A stretch of 32,000 nucleotides of DNA from an uncultured archaeon (GTDB taxonomy: Archaea > Asgardarchaeota > Thorarchaeia > Thorarchaeales > Thorarchaeaceae). This document shows positions 26,923 through 32,000 of the stretch, piece after piece. Location: contig CAZYLT010000022.1 of the NCBI GenBank assembly GCA_964648855.1, positions 1-32,000 on the forward strand, read 5' to 3'. The notes beneath the pieces are model-generated. The model was not told where the DNA came from, searched no databases, and was given only the letters and a program-made list of their open reading frames with translations. Numbering within the stretch: position 1 is the first letter of the stretch; each line of letters begins with the position of its first letter. Position numbers and translations under genes: made by a program.

Positions 26923-27057
26923 TTTAATCATCTGACAAGGTCTAATCCTCACTTCAAGGCGGATAAATTCAGCCTTGGAATAACGAATGTATTAATATTG
27001 CTTTCATCTGACTGCATTTACATGTCCACGACTGAGTGGTAGAAGGCGATTTGAGTT

Positions 27058-27747
27058 TTGAAGACTCCCCCTTTGATATCAGTAGTTTGCCCCATACATT
27101 CATCAAATCATAAGCTTGAAGCGATTCGTAATGTATTGTTATCATCGAACGTTCCTATTGAGTTAATTGTGGTGATAAACAACCCGGAAATTTCAGTTAA
27201 GATAGTACCACAGAATTTCGAAGAGACAGTGGTGAAGTGTCCCCGAAGGGGACGTGGATACGCCTTTCTGGCAGGAATCGCTGAGGTCAGGGGGCGAATA
27301 ACTATGCTTTTACACTCTGATACCGTTCCTCCTCTTGGCTGGGACCATGTCATTCTTTCTGCATTAGCGAATCCAGATGTTGTTGGGGGTGGTTTCTCCC
27401 TTTCATATGATACACGAAACCCACTCCTAGAGATAGTCAGCTGGCTTTCGAATCAATGGGTTCGACTCACAAAGGAAATGTACGGAGATCGGGCTATGTT
27501 CGTTCAGACCAATATTCTTGAACGGTGTCTATCAGCCCTTGATGTTCCACTGTATGAGGATTTGCGACTTGCCCGATGCATGCTCAGACAGGGTGACTTG
27601 ATACTGGCAAATCAGAAGATTGAAACTAGTGCAGTGAAGTACCAGAAGTATGGGGTTCTAGAGTACCTCAGAAAAATCTGGCTTTCCCGAATTTGGTATC
27701 ACGTGGGAGTATCTACTTCTCAAATATATGATATGTACTACTCCTAG
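27058..27747 (+). CDS. TIGR04283-like GT2 glycosyltransferase (arsenosugar-associated)
   Basis: ISVVCP, RGRG, LLHSDT, VGGGF, YGDRAMFV, YEDL and ETSA motifs. Confidence 0.8.
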   Translation: MKTPPLISVVCPIHSSNHKLEAIRNVLLSSNVPIELIVVINNPEISVKIVPQNFEETVVKCPRRGRGYAFLAGIAEVRGRITMLLHSDTVPPLGWDHVILSALANPDVVGGGFSLSYDTRNPLLEIVSWLSNQWVRLTKEMYGDRAMFVQTNILERCLSALDVPLYEDLRLARCMLRQGDLILANQKIETSAVKYQKYGVLEYLRKIWLSRIWYHVGVSTSQIYDMYYS

Positions 27748-27914
27748 GCGAGATATTAGATGTCGAGTACCTCCTCGCGCCAAAGTCTAATCCAAGTAAA
27801 TGAGGGGCCTTATGGCTGATATCATCTCACTCAGAAGCTGAGGAATGAAATAGAACTCTTTCATGACATCAAAGAATATACTATTAAGATGAGATATATC
27901 GATTTCAAACCACT

Positions 27915-29237
27915 TTGACACTGCTAGACTATTCCCGGCTGAAGCTGAGAGAGTTCTCAGGCCTCTCAACATTCCAGTTTCTCTCATATTTTCGTAGAGC
28001 GATTGTGTACACCTTCCTGTCAATCTACTTGCGGTCCCTGGGCCTCTCTACTACTGAAGTAACCCTAATGGCCACAGTGGGGATGATTGCCAATGCTGGG
28101 GCACAATCTCTTCTTTGGGGGCGTGCTCTAGATAAATATCGGAAACCGACTGAATTCGTAGCGCTGGGAGAATTTCTTGCTGGATTCGGACATATTTTCA
28201 TGGTCTTTGGATATCAACACTTTCTTGCAATAGGCAATACAATCCTTGCAGGTTACGTCATTATCTTCAGTTTGGGCGGCATCGAGGTCTTCTGGAGCAT
28301 GTCCAATGTAGGATGGTCTGCACTGATATCTGAGCTGACTGAGTTCGACGAACGAAAAAAGGTCATGGGCCAGCTTTCTATTATTGGCGGATTGGGCGGA
28401 ATAGGAGGTGCCTATCTTGGTGGGTTTCTTTTCGATAATGGTGCAGGATTTGCTGACGGAAGTATCTTTTTCATCGCCGCCATAGTGATGATTTTTTCCA
28501 GCTTCATTGTCTACTTTGCCATTCGCTTTAAAGATGCACTACAGATGCAGAACATAAGAATACCTGAGCCAGTAGAAATCCCCTCTCTCAGCGATTTACC
28601 TGCGAAATTGCGAAAGGCGTACTTGCTGTTCATTATCGCACTAGTCTTTCTGAATTTCGGGCGTAATTCGATTTCAATCATATCGAGCCTGTTTCTTGCT
28701 GACCCTACTGGCTTTGGCGCTACAGGTGAACAAATTGCTCTTTTTAGTAATGTTGGTAGTATCGCATCCATGCTCTCAGGGCTGTTGGTCGGATCAGTTG
28801 TTGCCGACAGTGACGATAACAAGGTTTTGCTCTTTGGCGCATGCTTGTCAATCATTGCTATAGCATGGCTTATCATTTCCCCCACTTTTCTGCTCAGTAT
28901 AGTTTCATCATTTCTCATTGGAGCATCCCATGTGGTCATTCAATCTTCAAGCTACTCAATTGTGGCACACATGGCTCCCGAGGAATTTAGAGGACGTCTC
29001 TTTGCCTACTATAACGCGACATTCTTCCTAAGCTGGGGTATTGCAGCAACGCTAGTCACTGGACCCATTGCTGATGCCCTGATAGGAGTAGGATTCAGGA
29101 ATGCAGACGCCTATAGGGGTAGCTTTGTTGCCGCAATATTGCTAATTTTGCTTGGCATCGGTGTTCTCGCGAAATCAATTCGTTTTATGAGAAGAAATCC
29201 CCATTTCTGGTCAGAAATAAATGAGGATATGCCGTGA
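27915..29237 (+). CDS. MFS transporter
   Basis: About 12 TM segments; motif A-like WGRALDKYRK, ALISEL...ER and APEEFRGR. Confidence 0.9.
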   Translation: MTLLDYSRLKLREFSGLSTFQFLSYFRRAIVYTFLSIYLRSLGLSTTEVTLMATVGMIANAGAQSLLWGRALDKYRKPTEFVALGEFLAGFGHIFMVFGYQHFLAIGNTILAGYVIIFSLGGIEVFWSMSNVGWSALISELTEFDERKKVMGQLSIIGGLGGIGGAYLGGFLFDNGAGFADGSIFFIAAIVMIFSSFIVYFAIRFKDALQMQNIRIPEPVEIPSLSDLPAKLRKAYLLFIIALVFLNFGRNSISIISSLFLADPTGFGATGEQIALFSNVGSIASMLSGLLVGSVVADSDDNKVLLFGACLSIIAIAWLIISPTFLLSIVSSFLIGASHVVIQSSSYSIVAHMAPEEFRGRLFAYYNATFFLSWGIAATLVTGPIADALIGVGFRNADAYRGSFVAAILLILLGIGVLAKSIRFMRRNPHFWSEINEDMP

Positions 29238-29298
29238 GGGACACATATGTGTTTGCTCTGATATCTGCGGATGCCGGTATTCAATCAGATTGATATTT

Positions 29299-29874
29299 TC
29301 AACCGAGTCCGGGAGTCGTGGATGCCAAGTCCTGTCCGAATGCCTTTCGAATCATATTACCAAGGCCCACACTTGAAAGAAGATACCATGTGTAGAAGTG
29401 CAACCCGAATCCGTTGCCTGGGATATTGACACCTAACCACGGGTCAATAAACCATAATGCCTCTTGTGGATTTAAAGGAAGAACTGCCACAGGCACCCCC
29501 GCGTATAGAGAATTGAGAATGGTGAAGACCAATATCAATGGGATGTAGAAGATCAGCATTGGTTTACAACGAGCTGACATCATCTTACTCTGAAGCGTCA
29601 TTATCCGAGACTGACTGTCTTGCACCTCCTGCATAAGCACAGGGTCCATGGTCTCTCTGGCCTTTTTGAATTTCTTCTGCCACTCTTGAACTTCCTTCGT
29701 GTTTTCCTTCATCTCTTCAACATCTGTGAAGCGGTTTGTAGCCCAAATGGAGATTAAGGAGAGTCCAACGCTAACCAGTACGATGAACACAGTGGAAGCA
29801 GGCATATACTGCACTGGAGACATGAACGATGTAATCGTCTGAATAATGTCGCTGAATATATCCATAGCCTTCAA
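29299..29874 (-). CDS. EMC3/TMCO1 (DUF106, Oxa1 superfamily) membrane insertase-like protein
   Basis: TM1, cytoplasmic coiled coil (TDVEEMKE...QSKMM), KPMLIFYIP TM2 and WYLLSS TM3. Confidence 0.85.
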   Translation of the reverse strand: MKAMDIFSDIIQTITSFMSPVQYMPASTVFIVLVSVGLSLISIWATNRFTDVEEMKENTKEVQEWQKKFKKARETMDPVLMQEVQDSQSRIMTLQSKMMSARCKPMLIFYIPLILVFTILNSLYAGVPVAVLPLNPQEALWFIDPWLGVNIPGNGFGLHFYTWYLLSSVGLGNMIRKAFGQDLASTTPGLG

Positions 29875-30412
29875 CAGGTCATCGTCCTACTAGCCGTGTT
29901 TTAAGGATTTTTACATGAATCATCAAAATTCTACCTGGGGAGGAACCTTTTGTGGTGCCAATTCTCTTGCAAAAGCCCTACGTTTACTGAGTGAATACTA
30001 TAATGTTCGTTTCCTGGAGACATGAGCAGAATGTATACTGGGGTCAAAGACCTGCGAATAGGACAAATAGTACAAAGATTACACCCCCGCATACCTGTCG
30101 GGTAACGGCATTCCTAGCATACCTGCACACAAAGACCAACACCCGGTGGTCATTAACCCCCAAATGTAGACTTCCAGTGGAAGTAAACGTTAGCTAGCTT
30201 CCTTGCAAAAGCATGAAGACGCTTTAGTACACGTATAGCTATTTCGCGCGCTTTATTCCAGTATGGAAGCTAGAGATTTTCAAAAGTGCTATTCTATGCA
30301 TTATGATATATAAATGAAGTACCGTTTTTGCATTAAATATGCCGCTTTACACAACGATTTTCAATTGCCGAGCTTAATTCTGTATAAACGTTTACGGCTT
30401 GATATCCTATGG

Positions 30413-30422
30413 TTTTATATAA
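30413..30422 (+). promoter_or_regulatory. Archaeal TATA box for 30474..30743
   Basis: TTTTATATAA about 50 nt upstream of the ATG, leaving room for a short 5' UTR with a GGAGG SD. Confidence 0.55.
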
Positions 30423-30473
30423 TGGTCAGCGTTTACTTTCTTTGTGTTAACCGCCGGGAGGGTTAGCCGCGAA

Positions 30474-30743
30474 ATGATGATGTTTACACGTATGCTAAGA
30501 AGACAAGGTTTCTATAGAGTGAAGAATCAGGAAGAACCAGTTTACATGAAGCACAACGTCGGTATCGGCGGAATATATGTGCGGATTGAAAACAAGCGAG
30601 CGCACATAACCGTGAGAGACCTGGATATTGACAGGGAATTCAAGGGTGTTGCGCGCCTGGAGGATTTCATCGATCAACTTGAAGATGAGTCATACCGCCA
30701 GAAATGTTTCATAGTCAACCGAATGGCTGAAGCAGGCTCATAA
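30474..30743 (+). CDS. Small hypothetical protein
   Basis: ATG 30474 with GGGAGGGT SD; protein-like alpha/beta pattern; family not recognised. Confidence 0.75.
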   Translation: MMMFTRMLRRQGFYRVKNQEEPVYMKHNVGIGGIYVRIENKRAHITVRDLDIDREFKGVARLEDFIDQLEDESYRQKCFIVNRMAEAGS

Positions 30744-30812
30744 ACTGCTGGTCACCTAGTAAACTCACCTCCTATAAGAAGAACCACCCAATAGGAAATG
30801 ATGTTCCAGAAG

Positions 30813-30837
30813 GTCCTATGATTCCAATTCATAGGAC
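30813..30837. other. Perfect 9-bp inverted repeat (terminator or binding site)
   Basis: GTCCTATGA-TTCCAAT-TCATAGGAC. Confidence 0.4.
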
Positions 30838-31082
30838 TCTTTGGAATTAAACTAATATTCGATATAAGACAAGTGAGATTTCCCATAGGCGGCGAACATC
30901 AGGATTTGATGCAACCCATTATTGTGACTTCTTCCAGCGCATCTTACTGTTTTTGTTTTTAGTGAGGCCACTAGATTCATTAGGCTTCAAAACCTGTATT
31001 CCGGTTGATAATATGTAGTTAGGGGGTAATCAAGACGTCCGGATATCTCCCTTCGCGATCTGAGGATACAAAACCATGGGAA

Positions 31083-31274
31083 TTGGTAGAAACAAATGGA
31101 GGGGAATCTACTCCTGTAATTTGTCTTCTGATGATTCTAGCATTTTTCGAATCTGCGGCACTTTGGTTCAATGCTGTTGACGGGCCAGAGGACTATCCTC
31201 TTTTTCTCTTTGTGGGGGTTGTTCTCCCAGTCATTTTCTTACTGTTGGTATGTTACCGCTCCTACCGTAATTGA
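31083..31274 (+). CDS. Small 2-TM membrane protein
   Basis: Two hydrophobic helices and a basic C-terminus; TTG start. Confidence 0.5.
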   Translation: MVETNGGESTPVICLLMILAFFESAALWFNAVDGPEDYPLFLFVGVVLPVIFLLLVCYRSYRN

Positions 31275-31353
31275 GTTGTAACGAATATGCGGCGCGTTTC
31301 GGAGTTTACAAAGAGTCTGGCATGCTGCTGTTTCTCGAGTATGATTTCCACTG

Positions 31354-31998
31354 CTAGCCCGAGAATGCAGATTTCATTTTTCCCCAGATGTACTTGGGTG
31401 CTATTGCTCTGATTGCACTAAAAACCGACCTCTTTCCAACCAGCATTTCCGCCACCACACAGCAAGATTCCTCAGAATCCAAGAATGCAGATCGGCTCTC
31501 ACCATCACTGGAACCAGTGAATCTCTTCTGTAGCCACAATCCCCACTTCAAGTCACCGCCAAAGGCTCCTTTCCACTGGTCTTCATACTGCTTGAGAAAT
31601 CGAGCAGAGAAGTCTCTATCATTGATGGCTTCTGCTGCGACAGAGCCAGCTATCCTACCTGCGAAAAGCGAGTAATGTATACCTTCACCGGATATCGGAG
31701 AACAGTGGCCTGCAGCATCGCCGGCCAAGAGAATATTATCCGAAAATGATGGTGTGATTCGGCCGCCAAGTGGAATGGGTGCTGCCTCCTTCTTCAAGAG
31801 GGTTGTTTCCGTCAGCATCTCTTTGATATTCGGTTCCTCGATGAAATCATCGATATAATCAGCTATTCGTTTATCGTCATTTCGTACTCGAGCTACCAAT
31901 CCGCCTGATCCTATGACTGCTGTTCTCCTCGTCGGGAATATCCATGCATATCCTCCTGGCGAAAACTCGTGTCCGTAATAGAATCTATTCTCCGGTTC
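31354..31998 (-). CDS. Geranylgeranyl reductase family FAD-dependent oxidoreductase, 5'-partial
   Basis: Frame is open to the window end; PGGYAWIFP and LLAGDAAG...SGEGIHYS motifs. Confidence 0.9.
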   Translation of the reverse strand, partial: EPENRFYYGHEFSPGGYAWIFPTRRTAVIGSGGLVARVRNDDKRIADYIDDFIEEPNIKEMLTETTLLKKEAAPIPLGGRITPSFSDNILLAGDAAGHCSPISGEGIHYSLFAGRIAGSVAAEAINDRDFSARFLKQYEDQWKGAFGGDLKWGLWLQKRFTGSSDGESRSAFLDSEESCCVVAEMLVGKRSVFSAIRAIAPKYIWGKMKSAFSG

Positions 31999-32000
31999 AA

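Noticed and set aside
29991-30197. 68-aa ORF in the intergenic region
   Set aside because: No SD or recognisable protein features; the repeats and stems there are better explained as non-coding.
9348-31675. Many antisense or alternate-frame ORFs (e.g. 9348..9965, 15766..16248, 19168..19785, 21185..21619, 28511..28939, 31388..31675)
   Set aside because: They lie within well-supported genes and have no motifs, so they are shadow ORFs.

Overview
Archaeal genomic window, most likely from an Asgard archaeon (Thorarchaeia-like). This assignment rests on a stand-alone gelsolin-domain gene, an EMC3/TMCO1 (DUF106) gene, a geranylgeranyl reductase, archaeal TATA/SD signals and WGV..GD-type surface-protein paralogues. 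Positions ~1-7700 look like a partly decayed mobile-element/provirus-like island. It contains a divergent regulator pair, a candidate structured antisense RNA and several genes broken by single stop or start mutations. Most notably, it has three copies of the GC-rich 3' end of one winged-helix regulator gene (1462-1581, 3955-4074, remnant 6137-6171), each followed by a different set of accessory genes. The second regulator copy is missed by the ORF track because it starts at ACG. The rest looks chromosomal: a MoxR-type AAA+/vWA pair, two tandem split-barrel paralogues, gelsolin, amidohydrolases, an ABC exporter, a HEAT-repeat/winged-helix protein with a PIP-box-like partner, a DUF362 Fe-S protein, an arsenosugar-type arsS + TIGR04282 + TIGR04283 cluster with a hidden Cys-rich peptide ORF, an MFS transporter, EMC3/TMCO1 and a partial GGR. 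I saw no rRNA, tRNA, CRISPR array, integrase or transposase. All family calls come from motif recognition by eye, not database searches.
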